In this document: piece by piece, positions 25,658-38,880 of the stretch
Position numbering within the stretch: the stretch's first letter is position 1
Layout: each line of letters begins with the position of its first letter
Source: Lingula anatina
Taxonomy: Eukaryota > Animalia > Brachiopoda
NCBI GenBank assembly: GCA_051362555.1
Contig: CM120641.1
Span: 7,130,001-7,194,000 of the forward strand
DNA: 64,000 nucleotides
Direction: 5' to 3'
Notes under the pieces: generated by a model
What the model was told of the DNA's origin: nothing
Seen by the model: the letters and a program-made list of their open reading frames with translations, nothing else
The model's database searches: none
Position numbers and translations under genes: made by a program

Positions 25658-28600
25658 TTTCCTGAAAGAAAACAAACAGTTTCACTTAAGTACATGTTTA
25701 CAACAGTTACAATAATGCGAGTCGAAAATTCTGAAAATCACGAATTGACAGCTATAATTATTTGGTTTCAAATGGAGCAAAGAATAAAAGCTTCATTCAC
25801 GAGTCATGGGATTGGTGTGTTTAACAGATCACACTAAATAACATTAATGTTCTATGCATCTAGGGAAAAAAGTGGTTTTCACGGATATACCCAGTGGGGC
25901 CCACATTAAACGAGCTGTGAAAAATGCTTGGAGGCAGCTGTTGAACTATCGGCAATCCTCGGCTGACTCCGCTACGCTCCACACAAGTCAAATGCACAAG
26001 ACATAGGAGTAGTTCCGAGTTTCTGTTGAATGCCTACATTATTAGGCACGTACATGCAAGCAGGTTATTTGTAATGCCTGTGGTGCTAATCTCGACGCTG
26101 ACTGTCCAGGAAAAGAATGACATTTCTGATGTACTTAGAGAAAAGGAGAAGGGAAAAAGCTAACACATTACAAAGACTCTAAATAAAGTTTTTCGACATT
26201 ACTTGAAAATACAAGAATGAACCATCCATCCGACTGAGTTTAATAAACCTAATAAACCCTTATTCTCAACTCTAACCGTGTACATGTACCTTTCCAGAAT
26301 CCTCCAAATATGTGCGTTTTTTTCTCTTTCCGTTATATCACTTAACTCACCAGGCAAATGGTAAAATTATTACTTTGTACTTTGTACGGTATTTAATTTG
26401 TACTTTCGTATATTTTCCAAATGATCAAAATCATTTATCCACTCAATCTCAAAGTTCATTGACGGTAATCCACTTTGCCTATCCCCTTGGGTCATTAAAA
26501 AAAGAAAGACGCTCGTTTAAATTACTTCTGTCTGAGCAAACCTGTTATGACGTACAAAACGTATTATGACTTGTTATGACAACAGTATAAGTTCGTCGTA
26601 GATTTTGGGTGACCAATAAACTCATTCATTCCCATTGTTGTTGCCCAGTGTTGTGGACGTGCAGAAATAATTTTTTCTCCCTCATGGGTAAAGTTATTTC
26701 AGACTACTAAAGTCTGCACCCGCAAGATACACAATTACCTATTGTTGGGTTTCTATTTTGACCGTGAGTAGGCCAGGGCGATCTTACACGATAAATTGTT
26801 GTGCATGCCACATCCACCACAGCCAATTCTGATGCAGGCCCGTAGCGAGCAATTTCAAAGGGGGTTAGGGGGAGGGGTTCATTTTCTGAAAAAGTGGAAA
26901 AATAAAGAAAAACGAAGGTGATGTTAATTATATTAACATTTAATTTGCTGAAAAGTTTAAATACAATCTTTCATTAGTAGTTAATATATTAAGTGGAAAA
27001 AAATATTCTAACCATTGTTGTTATAATAATAGTAATAATAATAATAATAATAAGTAGAATATAAAAAATTCAAAATATCCTTCAATTTGACAGCACATGG
27101 TAAATTATATCAAATATCACAGACCGAATATACAAAAAAAAAATCACTTACTATTTCAAAAATCTAACTGCAACTACCATCATACTATCCAAAAAAGAAA
27201 AAAATGTTACCAAAATGTGTACAAGAGAAGCACTGCCTCCATCAATACTCATTTTTTTGCAATTTGAAACAAAGACACATTCTTTTATCATTTACTTTAC
27301 ATATAAATTGTGCGTGTCTACTTAATTAAATAAAATAAGTACATGCCCTACTGTTTCATTCAGAAAGGAATGAATATTTTGTTTAAGTCTTTTAACTGGA
27401 AATTTTTCATTTGTTTTATAGGATCATACATCTAAGAATAATGTCAATCAACAGTACAAATGCATCACTTACCATCTGTGGTAGACAAAGCACTTTATCT
27501 TCAGTCTTGTCTAAGATATACACTGTACCTCCTTGGCTGAGTAAAATTCATCTAAGAAAAGTCATCTAAGAAATTTAATTTCTCAAATTTAATGTAAAAA
27601 TTAGATTTCAAGCTAATTTGATGTTTTATATGCCTACATTAAAACTTCCAAAAGTAAGATACTCAGACTCAATTATACTTTTGATTTTTAAAAAAGAATG
27701 TGAAGAATGATTGACTAAAACTGAAATGCATTACCAATTTAATACTGACAAATACCCCTGGAAAAAGGATGCTGCTGCAAATAGTTATTTTAATCTGGAG
27801 CAAATTTCTCTGCCCAAAGCCTGAGGCACAATATCATCTAAACAAAAAAGCGGAATACATGTTGACTTACTTGTGTAAACAAAATGAAAATGGTGAGATG
27901 GATATGGCAAATTCCTAAATATTAATATTTTTGGGCACAAAGCAAAAGTATGTATCAAAGCTACAACCAAATTTACCAATTCACTTTCAATTTTGCATCA
28001 TAACAATTAAATATATCTAACATGATTTATATGACAAAATCTCATAGATAACTTCAAAATTTGAGAAACATATAATGTTATTGCAAATAAACTAAAATTT
28101 AAAAACCTCACCACTATCAATTTTTCTCCTTTTTCTGGGGTAGAGATGAAATCCAAGATAGAAGTACAAACTTTAGCTGCTCTTTTTCTCTTTTTTTCTT
28201 TCCTTTAGTAACCAACATGCCATCTTGTAATTTTTTTGCTTCCAGAGATCACTGAAGATCAACAATTACAAAACACATATATCAATTTAAATTAAATAAA
28301 TGATGTTCTTTTTTGCATCAGAAAGGAAATATTAAGAAAAACAGAAAATGGACTTAATAAGTATACTAAGTAACTGTATAACTTCCAAAATAATAAACCA
28401 ATCAAACTTGTTTTTCAACTGAAGCTGTATATTAGTTCCACAAATCTTTTCTACTAAGTGTAGGAATAGTTCGTGACGGGCCGTACACGTGACACCGGCA
28501 CATAAAAACATGGGATGCGAGGTAGGTTTTCAGCAATTGAATATTTGTGATATTTTTGAAAGCAAAATATGGCCATATTTATCCATTTACTTGTACAGGG

Positions 28601-28677
28601 AGGATAAAAACACTACTGAACTTTTTATTATAAATTTTCAAGAAGTAAACATGATGAACAAAGGCAGGTTCTTTTAA

Positions 28678-28870
28678 AGGTACATATGAACCGAGCAGCG
28701 GTGAAGAGGGGATTCCCAGTAACGCAAATAATCACTTCTACTAGTTTCTTATACGACTCAAATAAATTCAACATGCCAAGGGATAAACTGAATAAATCAC
28801 CCGATCAGCCTTAAAAGAGCTTATGACAGTTCATTTCTTTAAGTTTTTTGGTCAGAAATTAAACCTACTT
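28678..28870. mobile_element. Truncated copy of the Kolobok-like element
   Basis: Matches the left ~190 bp of 36903-37280. The right half and adjacent flank are deleted. Confidence 0.75.
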
Positions 28871-29087
28871 GCTACGTGTAGCATGGATGAGTCTTGGTCA
28901 AGACTGAGTAAAAGAAGTCAACACATATTCATATTTACACATTAATGCTATTTATTTATTCATTTATTTATTTATTTATCTTTCGTGACACTAAATGCCA
29001 GAGTTTCTTCATATAAGCAAGGGATACAAAGGTACTGGGAGAGGAGCACAAGTTGAATTTCCAAGTAGGGTGCCATCAGTGAAGGTA

Positions 29088-29722
29088 TCATGAAGGTTCT
29101 TTCAGAACTCTGTAATAATACATAAAGCAGTCAGTCACATCATGATAAGCAGTGGAAGTTTGGATAGAAGCGTCACTTTGTTTTCAGATTCTATTGTTGG
29201 CAGTTTCTGTTTGAAATCGACTTCATCTGGATCTTCTGCCACGTCGACGCGGAGTGTGAAGACGATAATACCATTGTGTTTGGTGATCCTGATCAGCTCA
29301 TCTAACACAAGGGGACCGAGGTGCTCAATAACTCCAACACATACCACTGCATCATACTGGTTGGACGGCAGTTGGATTGGGTTAGGACCACCAAGAATAT
29401 CGACATACATATTCTTGTATACACCTTTTCTCTCAGCAATTTCAATCATCTCTGGACAGATATCAAGTGCATCCAGGTTGTTATATCCTAGTTGTTGGAG
29501 GCATTTTCCAACCAATCCCGTCCCTGCACCTGCATCTAGTATTCGGGCATCCTTGTCTTTAATCCATGTTGCCAGTATCTCAGCCGCTTTGCGAGGTGCC
29601 ACGTAACCTATTTCATCTGAAACCTCTTTGTCATATTGAGCAGATCTCTTGGCGTAATGATTACGAATGTCTGTTGGAGAACTCCTCCATTTCAATCCGA
29701 ATGCTGCCGATTTGTGAGCCAT
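29088..29722 (-). pseudogene. Methyltransferase copy 4 (type A2) with a 1-bp frameshift near the 3' end
   Basis: Near-identical to copy 2 until ~29157, where a net 1-nt loss gives ...SKLPLLIMM* (stop at 29135). The original C-terminus TAYHDVTDCFMYYYRVLKEPS* persists out of frame to 29088. Confidence 0.75.
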
Positions 29723-31631
29723 TTTACTGGAAAAGCAGTGCAATAACTAAGTATATGGTAATTAATTTAGACTAAAAGGTATCAGAATATTATGTATAAA
29801 AATATTAAAGATGATATCTGCATAACATGAAATACTGCATTGTCGCCACTCACGTCACATGTATTTAATAAATATAAGAATATGGGGTCAAACTCGTCAA
29901 ACTCTTAGTACCTGCCAGGAAATAAAAATAAATAAAAATATATATAAGCAGCTTCCTTTTAAGTGGGGTCGGATATATTTAGTCGGCGGATCAATTAGTC
30001 CGCGGGTCATATGTTTAGAATGCACTCTAATACTCTGAATTAAAGTAAATACTGCTTATGTGAAGAGATATTTCGGTTGGGTACGTAGTCAAAGTATTGA
30101 GCTTAATTGTTGCCGAATTGTTGTTGGTTCACGTGAGAAGCTTTGTTCATTTGAAGGTTCTCGTTTGACAGAAAGATCGCATTCACAACAGCGGACTAAG
30201 TAGTCTGCGGATCAAATATGAACGACCCACTTGAATTCTTGTTACGTAATCCCCGCTGGGAATCTTTTCACTATTGATGACAGTGCGTATAGAATGGCGT
30301 TTGTATTAGCCCGCTCAGCACCTGATGCTAATGTAGTAACAAGTAACGTGTACGGATACGATTATTTAAATCTGTGTGTAGAGATGGACTGGGTGAAAAG
30401 GAATGAATAAAGGGGGGGGGGGCGCTTGCACGACAGCGTTTCCATAACTATGAAATTTATATTCTATTACGCGATACAAACAGTTCATGTTCATCTGAAG
30501 AGACGCATGAGAACATGTAATGCTCACATCTAAATACTCTCTGATTCAGAATCCATGCCTTGTAACATAACGTTAATATAAGATGTGCAAACTTCTTAGA
30601 AACATTCACCTCTGTGTATAGATTGACATATTTTCAATTTCTTTTTTACTGGGGAAAGAGTAGTTACGCTTTTCAAATTCATTATAAAAAAAGCATGACA
30701 AAAACAAAATATAAATCCATCACCGTCTAGGTTACTTATTACAGACCGAGTCGTCCACTGTGTGTGATATATAAGAGTGTAACAATCGAGGCGTTGCCGA
30801 ATTATGCAAGTATACAGTACCAGATCAATACATAAATGATGAAATTACATGTATGCTTACCGTGTCTGGTGTATGTTAATGGAGAATTTAACGTCCTCAC
30901 AGCTGATCTAAAGACGTGAATAAACAGTCCAAATGAAGGTCATGGGTAAGATCAAAATGCTCCTGTTGTACTGACTGCTTGTTGTATTTGGTTGACCTGT
31001 CACACGGAGAGCGATCACAGTAAGTGACACTGTGGGTGACCTTGATTTCATTATTTGTGACAGTCGTACGAAAACGCAAAACCCATTAATCTTGAGGCCA
31101 GTCTACAAAGTGCTAAGAAGGAAAGTTAAATGCGTTTATATCTTAGGGATCATTTCTAATGAAACTTTTGTTCTACGTAGATCAACCCAACTCCGCAGTG
31201 ACTCTCGCTGAATGTAATCAGATCAGATTTGTATATTAGTACGGCTCATCTTGTTTCCAACATACGCGTATAATCACCAGCTTTTCTGTAGTTTACTCAT
31301 TGATCAACGCCAAGCGGAGGGGAAAAGAAAGAAAGAAAGAAACTCCGGACCTAATATAGCCTGCGACATGCTGTATTGACCCTGGTTTGCAAAAATATAG
31401 AAGATAAAAGATTAAGGTAAATGTAATGCCTATGTGAGATTTCCAGAAGTCATAAAAATAAAATTTCTTTTATTGGTGATCGGCATCTCTACAGTTTAAG
31501 GAGGATTATAGTCTAATAAGTAAAATAAAAAAAGATGTACAGTTTTCGATGTAGTAGGCTACCCTAGTATTTAAATAACGTATTGAAAATTTGCTGATTT
31601 AGACAGTCTTTAACATGGAATGATACGAATT

Positions 31632-31770
31632 CAGGCCCGTAGCCAGCCATGTCAAAGGGAAAGGGGTCTTTTGGGTCCTTTATTGAAAAAGTGGCCCTTT
31701 TACCATTTGTGATCCTAGAAGATAAGGCGCCCAGAGCGCCCCCCCCCCCCCCCCCCCGGTTACCAGCTTG
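31632..31770. mobile_element. hAT-like MITE (paralogous copy of the 38739 insertion)
   Basis: Near-identical to 24300-24439. Confidence 0.7.
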
Positions 31771-32293
31771 TGAATTAAATAAAACAATGCATTATTTGAA
31801 TATAGTGATCCGACTTTATTATTTATATAAATGTAATGATGTGTTGACATGATAGTTATATTTCCCAACTAGTAGCTAATAACGTCTATAAAGTGCTAGT
31901 TACTAAAAAAATTACCTGTTTCTAATATCTAGCACAAAGGCCCCCTTACTAAAATATTTTTTTTCTGTTCTACTGCCATAGTCCAGTCAAGGACGCATTC
32001 ACATACAAGATATTGAGAACTTGGGTTGTTTACTTATTATAATACAAATATTTAAAACCACGTTGAACGTTTGTCTCTGTGTTAAAACAAACCTTCTCAA
32101 ATGGGTTCACACAAAATTCTAAGCGGATATATATACTGCAAAGCCATTTTTCTTTTTAATAGAATTTCTGAAATTAAACTGCAATGTCAAATTCCTAAGT
32201 CATTATTAACAAGATATCAATCAAGTTAACATGCCAAAACGTGAAAGTTTTAATTCTAATATCCCCCTTGAAGTAACATAACACAAAAAGGCA

Positions 32294-32962
32294 CTAATCA
32301 TTATCCTTCAGCACCCGGTAGGAATACATAAAACAGTCGTAGGGTATACGATAAGCAGTACGAGGGTTTGCTAAAAGCTCCACTTTTTTCTCACTTTCTA
32401 ACTGTGGCAGTTTCTGTTTGAAATCATATTCGTTATCAGGATCTTCGGCGACGTCGACGCGCAGTGTGAAGATGATAACTCCATTGTGCCTGGTGATCCT
32501 GATCAGCTCATCTAACGCAGCGGCTCGTGTATGGGTAATGGCGCCAATGATTAACACTGCATCATACTGGTTGGAAGGCAGTTGAATTGGAGTCGGTCCT
32601 CCGAGAGTATCCACGTACATATTTTTATAAATGCCTTTCTTCTCAGCAATCTCAAGCATCTCTGGAGAGATATCAAGTGCATCCAAGTTGTTATATCCAA
32701 GTTGTTGGAGACATTCTCCAACCAACCCGGTACCTGCGCCTGCGTCTAATATGCGTGCATCTTTATTTTTAACCCATTTTGCAAGTGTTTCGGCCGCTTT
32801 CTTGTGTCCCGCATACCCAAGGTTATCTAATAGTTCTCTGTCATACTCATTAGCCCAGTCTGCATAGAACTCACGGATTTCTTGGTGAGAACTTCTTGAA
32901 CCAAGTCCAGATGAATCCCAGGAATGGTCCCATTTAGATTTTTGCGACTGGTTTTGCGACAT
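32294..32962 (-). CDS. METTL27/WBSCR27-like methyltransferase, copy 5 (type B)
   Basis: Differs from copy 3 by one residue (GHKIAA to GHKKAA). Confidence 0.85.
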   Translation of the reverse strand: MSQNQSQKSKWDHSWDSSGLGSRSSHQEIREFYADWANEYDRELLDNLGYAGHKKAAETLAKWVKNKDARILDAGAGTGLVGECLQQLGYNNLDALDISPEMLEIAEKKGIYKNMYVDTLGGPTPIQLPSNQYDAVLIIGAITHTRAAALDELIRITRHNGVIIFTLRVDVAEDPDNEYDFKQKLPQLESEKKVELLANPRTAYRIPYDCFMYSYRVLKDND

Positions 32963-33964
32963 TTTCCTGAAAGAAAACAAACAGTTTCACTGAAGTACAT
33001 GTTTACAACAGTTACAATGATGCGAGCCGAAAATTCTGAAAATCACGAATTGACGGCTATGATTACTTGGTTTCAAGAGGAGCAAAGAATTAAAGCTTCA
33101 TTCACGAGTCATGGAAATGGGGTGTTTTACAGATCACACTAAATAATATTAACGTTCTATGCATCTAGGGAAAAAGTGGTTTTCACGGATATACACAGTG
33201 GGACCCACACATAACGAACTTACTGTTACACTTCACTTTTTTTTACCATTAAAGCTGCCCGAAGCATTTTTCTCGGTCTACGGGCCTACGGGGCTGTGAA
33301 AAATGCTTGGAGGCAGTTGTTGAACAATCAGCAATCCTCGGCTGACTCCGCTACGCTCCACACAAGTCAAATGCGCGAGACATAGGAGTAGTTCCGAGTG
33401 GCTGTTGAATGCCTACATTATTAGGCATATACATTCAAGCAGGTTATTTGTAAATAATTGTAAGTGGTGCTAAATCTTGACGCTGGCTGTCCAGGAAAAG
33501 AATGACATTTCTGATGTATTTATAAGAGAAGAGGAGAAGGGAAAAAGCTAACACATTATTATGACTTCATATAATGTTTTTCAAAATTCCTTGAAAATAC
33601 AAGAATGAACCATCCATCCAACCTTATAAACCCTTATTCTCGGCTCTTACCGTGTACCTTTCCAGAATCCTCCAGATATGTGCGGTTTTTCTTCTTTCCG
33701 TTATATCACTTCACTCACCAGGCATATGGTAAAATTATTACTTTGCACGGCAAATTTGTACTTTCTGATATTTTCCAAATGATAAAAAAACATTTATCCA
33801 CTCATTCCCGAAGTTCTTGTGACATTGACCGTAATCTACAACGAACTTATACTGTTGCCTATCCCCTTGCGAAAGAAACTCGTGTTATTTGTAAATTACT
33901 TCTGTCTGACCAAACCTGTTATGGCGTACGTAACGTATTATGACTTGTTATGACAACAGTATAA

Positions 33965-34172
33965 GGCTGCGTTCACATGAAAAATCTATTTTCTAAAAAT
34001 CTAAAAATCTATTTGCGGTATCTTGTGATCACGGTCTGTGCCCTGAATATCCCACGGCGTAATTATGGGCAGCGCGAGCCAGTTACTTCCAAAGCTGTAA
34101 TTAATTCTCGGCGCTGCCAGTAATTACGATTTTTAAATTTTTAGAAAATAGAGTTTTCATGTGAACGCAGCC
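33965..34172. mobile_element. PIF/Harbinger (Tourist-like) MITE
   Basis: Long TIRs GGCTGCGTTCACATGAAAA...TTTTCATGTGAACGCAGCC with TAA/TTA flanks. The empty site CAGTATAAGTTCG is present in the paralogous unit at ~26583. Confidence 0.9.
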
Positions 34173-36902
34173 TTAGTTCGTCCTAGATTACGGTCTGGAA
34201 AGGTACACGGTTAGATATTTTTAGTGATCAATATTTAAACTCATTCATTCCCATTGTTGTTGCCCAGTGTTGTGGACGTGCGGAAATGATTTTTTCTCCC
34301 TTATGCCAAGGTAAAGTTATTTCAAACTACTTAAGTCTGCACCCGTAAGATACACAAATACCTATTGTAGGGTTTCTATATTTCGACCGTGAGTAGGCCA
34401 ATGCGATCTTACACGATAAATTGTTGTGCATGCCACATCCACCACAGCCAATTCTGATGCAGGCCCGTAGAGAGCAATTTCAAAGGGGGGGGGGGGGGGG
34501 GGTCTTTTTCTGAAAAAGTGGACCTTTTGTCGCAAAATATTTTTAAAAATTTTCAGTTTTTTATTGAAGAAAAAAGAAGGCGATGTTAATTATATGAACA
34601 TTTAATTTTCTGAAAAGTTTGAATACAATATTTCATTAGTAGTGAATATAAGTGAAAAATCAAACAATATTCTAATTATTGTTGTTATAATAATAATAAT
34701 AAGTACAATATAAAAAATTCAGAATATCCTTCAATTTGACAGCACATGGTAAATGATATCATATATCACAGACCGAATATACAAAAAAAAATTCACTTAC
34801 TATTAACTGCAACTACCATCATATATCTAAAAAATCATATATCTAAAAAAGAAAAAAGAAAAATGTTACCAAAATGTGTAAAAGAGATACACTGCCTCCA
34901 TCAATACTGTGAAATTAATTCAACATTGCAAAATACAAACTGGTACCATTGAAAAGAAGATACATCACTAATTAGTATTGATGAATCAAAACTGATATAT
35001 TTCAGTAATAAAAATATAATTCCAAATCATTTTCACAAGTACACTGACACACAAAAAGTCTAACTTGTTTAATTGGGTTAACTGGGTATATTTTCCCTAA
35101 ATGACAAAATATTTGTAATTCATGATGTACAATAAATATCACATAAAAACAATGAGAAATCACTGCATTTAAATACAACAAAAAATGGATTAATCATTAC
35201 AAGCACAATGTTAAAACCGAGTTTATTTGCCTAATCATCCAAGATGATGCAACAGTGCATTATAGCACAAAAGGCTATTTGAGTAACTGAATGAAACACG
35301 TATGCTGTGAAACACAGTGTAAAACAAAATTGTAAAATTCAACTGTCTCAGTACTGAACCCGACTCCACACACTGACTTCGAGATGTTTCCTTATATCTA
35401 GGTGGCTCATTTTCTGCAATATGAAACAAAGACACATTCTTTTATCATTTACTTCACAAATAAATTGTGCGTGTCTACTTAATTAAACATAATTTTGCCT
35501 CAGGTTTCATCAACACATTTTGGAAGTACGGAATTTTTTCTTCAATGGCATCTACTATTGCACTATAATAAAAAAATTACATGGCCTACTGTTTCAGTCA
35601 AAAAGGAATGAATATTTTGTTTAAGTCTTTTAACTGGATAATTTTTATTTGTTTTATAGGATCATCTAAGAATAATATCAATCAACAGTACAAATGCATC
35701 ACTTCCCATCTGTGGTAGACCAAGCACTTTATCTTCAATCTTGTCTAAGAAATGCCTCCTTATCTGAGCAAAATTCATATAAGAAACATCATCAAAGAAA
35801 TTTAATTTCTCAAAATTTAATGTAAAAATTACATTTCAAGCTAATTTGATGTTTTATATGCCTACATTAATACCTCCAAAAATAATATACTTAAACTCAA
35901 TTATGCCTTTGACTTTTAAAAAATGTGAAGAATTATTGACTAAAACTGAAATGCATTACCAATTTAATACTGACACTACCCCTGGAAAGAGGATGCTGCT
36001 GCAAACAGTTTTTTATCTGGAGCAAATTTCTCTGCCCAAGGCCTGAGGCACAATCTAAACAGAAAAGGGGAATACATGTTGACTTACGTGTGTAAACAAA
36101 ATGAAAATGGTGGGATTGATATGGCAAATTTCTAGATATTAATTTTTTTGGGCACAAAGCAAAAGTATGTATCAAATCTACAACCAAATTTACCAATTCA
36201 CTTTCAATTTTGCATCATAACAATTAAAAAATATATCTAACATGATTTATATGACAAAATCTCATAGATAACTTCAAGATTTGAGAAACATATCATGTTA
36301 TTGCAAATAAACTAAAATTTAAAAACCTCACCACTATCAATCTTTCTCCTTTTTCTGGGGTAGAGATGAAATCCAAGATAGAAGTACAACCTTAAGCTGC
36401 TCTTTTTCTCTTTTTTTTCTTTCCTTTAGTAACCAAGATACCATCTTGGAAAATATATTTTTTTCTTCCAGAGAGATCGCTGAAGATCAACAATTACAAA
36501 ACACATATATCCATTTAAATTAACTGAATGATGTTCTTTTTTGCACCAGAAAGGAAATATTAAGAAAAACAGAAAATGGACTTAATAAGTATACTAAGTA
36601 ACTGTATAACTTCCAAAATAATAAACTAATCAAACTTGTTTTTCAACTGAAGCTGATATTAGTTCCTTAAATCTTTTCTACTAAGTTTAGGAATAGTTCG
36701 TGACGGGCCGTACACGTGACACCGGCACAAAAACATGGGATGCGAGGTAGGTTTTCAGCAATGGAATATTTGTGATATTTTTGAAAGCAAAATATGGCCG
36801 TATTTATCCATTTACTTGTACAGGGAGGATAAAAACACTACTGAACTTTCTATTATAAGTTTTCAAGAAGTAAACATGACGAACAAAGGCAGGTTCTTTT
36901 AA

Positions 36903-37280
36903 AGGTACATATGAACCGAGCAGCGGTGAGGAGTGGTTTCCCAGTAACGCAAATAAACCACTTCTACTAGTTTCTTATACGACTCAAATAAATTCAACAT
37001 GCCAAGGGATAAACTGAATAAATCACCCGATCAGCCTTAAAAGAGCTTATGACAGTTCATTTCTTTAAATTTTTGGTCAGAAATTAAACCTACTTTGGTG
37101 ACTTACTTTTCTGCCACATTGATATACAACATAGAATGTTAGCAGAAAAATCCGTTCAAATATAATTTTTCGGATAAAATTAAACAATGCCTTCTGGTAA
37201 TTCTCTTAGTTTTACTACTTGAAACTATATGCCGACATATTTGTTGGCTTTTGTGGCAAAAATTGACTTCATTTGCACCT
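36903..37280. mobile_element. Kolobok-like non-autonomous DNA transposon
   Basis: TTAA|AGGTACATATGAA...TTCATTTGCACCT|TTAA. Empty TTAA site at 19713-19716. Confidence 0.8.
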
Positions 37281-37540
37281 TTAATATAACTACACCTGTA
37301 TATGGCATTTTGTCTGTCCTGTAGCAATTCTGACTCAACAGAATTTGTAACGTTACATCCCTGTAACACTCAAAACAAATCATTTCTGTAGTCTCTCTCG
37401 TCTGCACTTTTACGTCAGGAAGTTGTTCCCTTATTGCAGCGTGGTGGGTTAGGAAGGAAAATATGCCACCTCGTATAGCATGGATGAGTCTTGGTCAAGG
37501 CTGAGTAAAAGAAGTCAACACATATTCATATTTACTGGAA

Positions 37541-37675
37541 AGAAGCGTCACTTTGTTTTCAGATTCTATTGTTGGCAGTTTCTGTTTGAAATCGACTTCA
37601 TCTGGATCTTCGGCGACGTTGACACGGAGTGTAAAGACGATAATACCATTGTGTTTGGTGATCCTGATCAGCTCA
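37541..37675 (-). pseudogene. Methyltransferase copy 6, 135-bp remnant (type A)
   Basis: Only ELIRITKHNGIIVFTLRVNVAEDPDEVDFKQKLPTIESENKVTLL remains. It is joined on the right to sequence homologous to ~23213 (~1.3 kb deletion) and on the left to sequence homologous to ~28937 (~0.2 kb deletion). Confidence 0.85.
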
Positions 37676-38738
37676 AAATCCCTACCTTGTAATATAACAT
37701 TAATACAAGATGTGCAAAATTCACCTTCGTGTATAGATTGACAATTTTCAATTTCTTTTTTACTGGGGAAAGATTAGTTACGCTTTTCAAATTCAACACA
37801 AAAAAGCATGACGAAACGAAATATAAATCCATCACCGTCTAGGTTACATTTTACAGACGGAGTCGTCCACAGTGTGTGATATAACGTTATAAGAGTGTAA
37901 TAATCGAGGCGTTGCCGAATTGTGCAAATATACAGTACTAGATCAATACATAAATGATGAAATTATGCTTACCGTGTCTGGTATATGTTAATGGTGAATT
38001 TAACGTCCTCACAGCTGATCTAAAGACGTGAATAAACAGTCCAAATGAAGGTCATGGGTAAGATCAAAATGCCCCTGTTTTACTGACTGCTTGTTGTATT
38101 TGGTTGACCTGTCACACGGAGAGCGATCACAGCGACACTCTGGGTGACCTTGATTTCATTATTTGTGACAGTCGTACGAAAACGCCAAACTCGGTAATCT
38201 AAAGGCCAGTCTACAAAGTGCTAAGAAGGAAAGTTAAATGCTTTTATATCTTAGGGATCATTTCTAATGAAACTTTTGTTCTACGTAGATCAACCCAACT
38301 CCGCAGTGACTCTCGCTGAATGTAATCAGATTTGTATATTAGTAGGCCTCTTGTTTCCAACATACGCGTATAATCACCATCTTTTCTGTAGTCTACTCAC
38401 TGATCAACTCCAAGCGGAGGGAAAAAGAAAGAAAGAAAGAAACTCCGGACCTAATATAGCCTGCGACATGCTGTATTGACCCTGGTTTGCAAAAATATAG
38501 AAGATAGAAGATAAAGGTAAATGTAATGCTTATGTGAGATATCCAGAAGTCATAAAAATAGAATTTCTTTTATTGCTGATCGGTACCTCTACGGTTTTAG
38601 GAGGATTATAGCCTAATAAGCAAAATAAAAAAAGACGTAGGCTACAGTTTTCGATGTACATGTAGTACCCTAGTATTAAAATAACGTTTTGAAAAAATTG
38701 CTGATTTAGACAGTCTTTAACATGGAATGATACGAATT

Positions 38739-38880
38739 CAGGCCCGTAGCCAGCTATTTCAAAGGGGAAGGGGGTCATTTGGGTCTTTTATTGAAAAAGT
38801 GGACCTTTTACCATGAAACCTTTGTGTTCCTAGAAGATATGGCACCCAGAGCGGACCCACCCTCCCCGGCTGGGAGCCTG
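38739..38880. mobile_element. hAT-like MITE, same terminal family
   Basis: CAGGCCCGTAGCC...GGCTGGGAGCCTG with a perfect 6-bp flanking repeat CGAATT. Confidence 0.75.
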
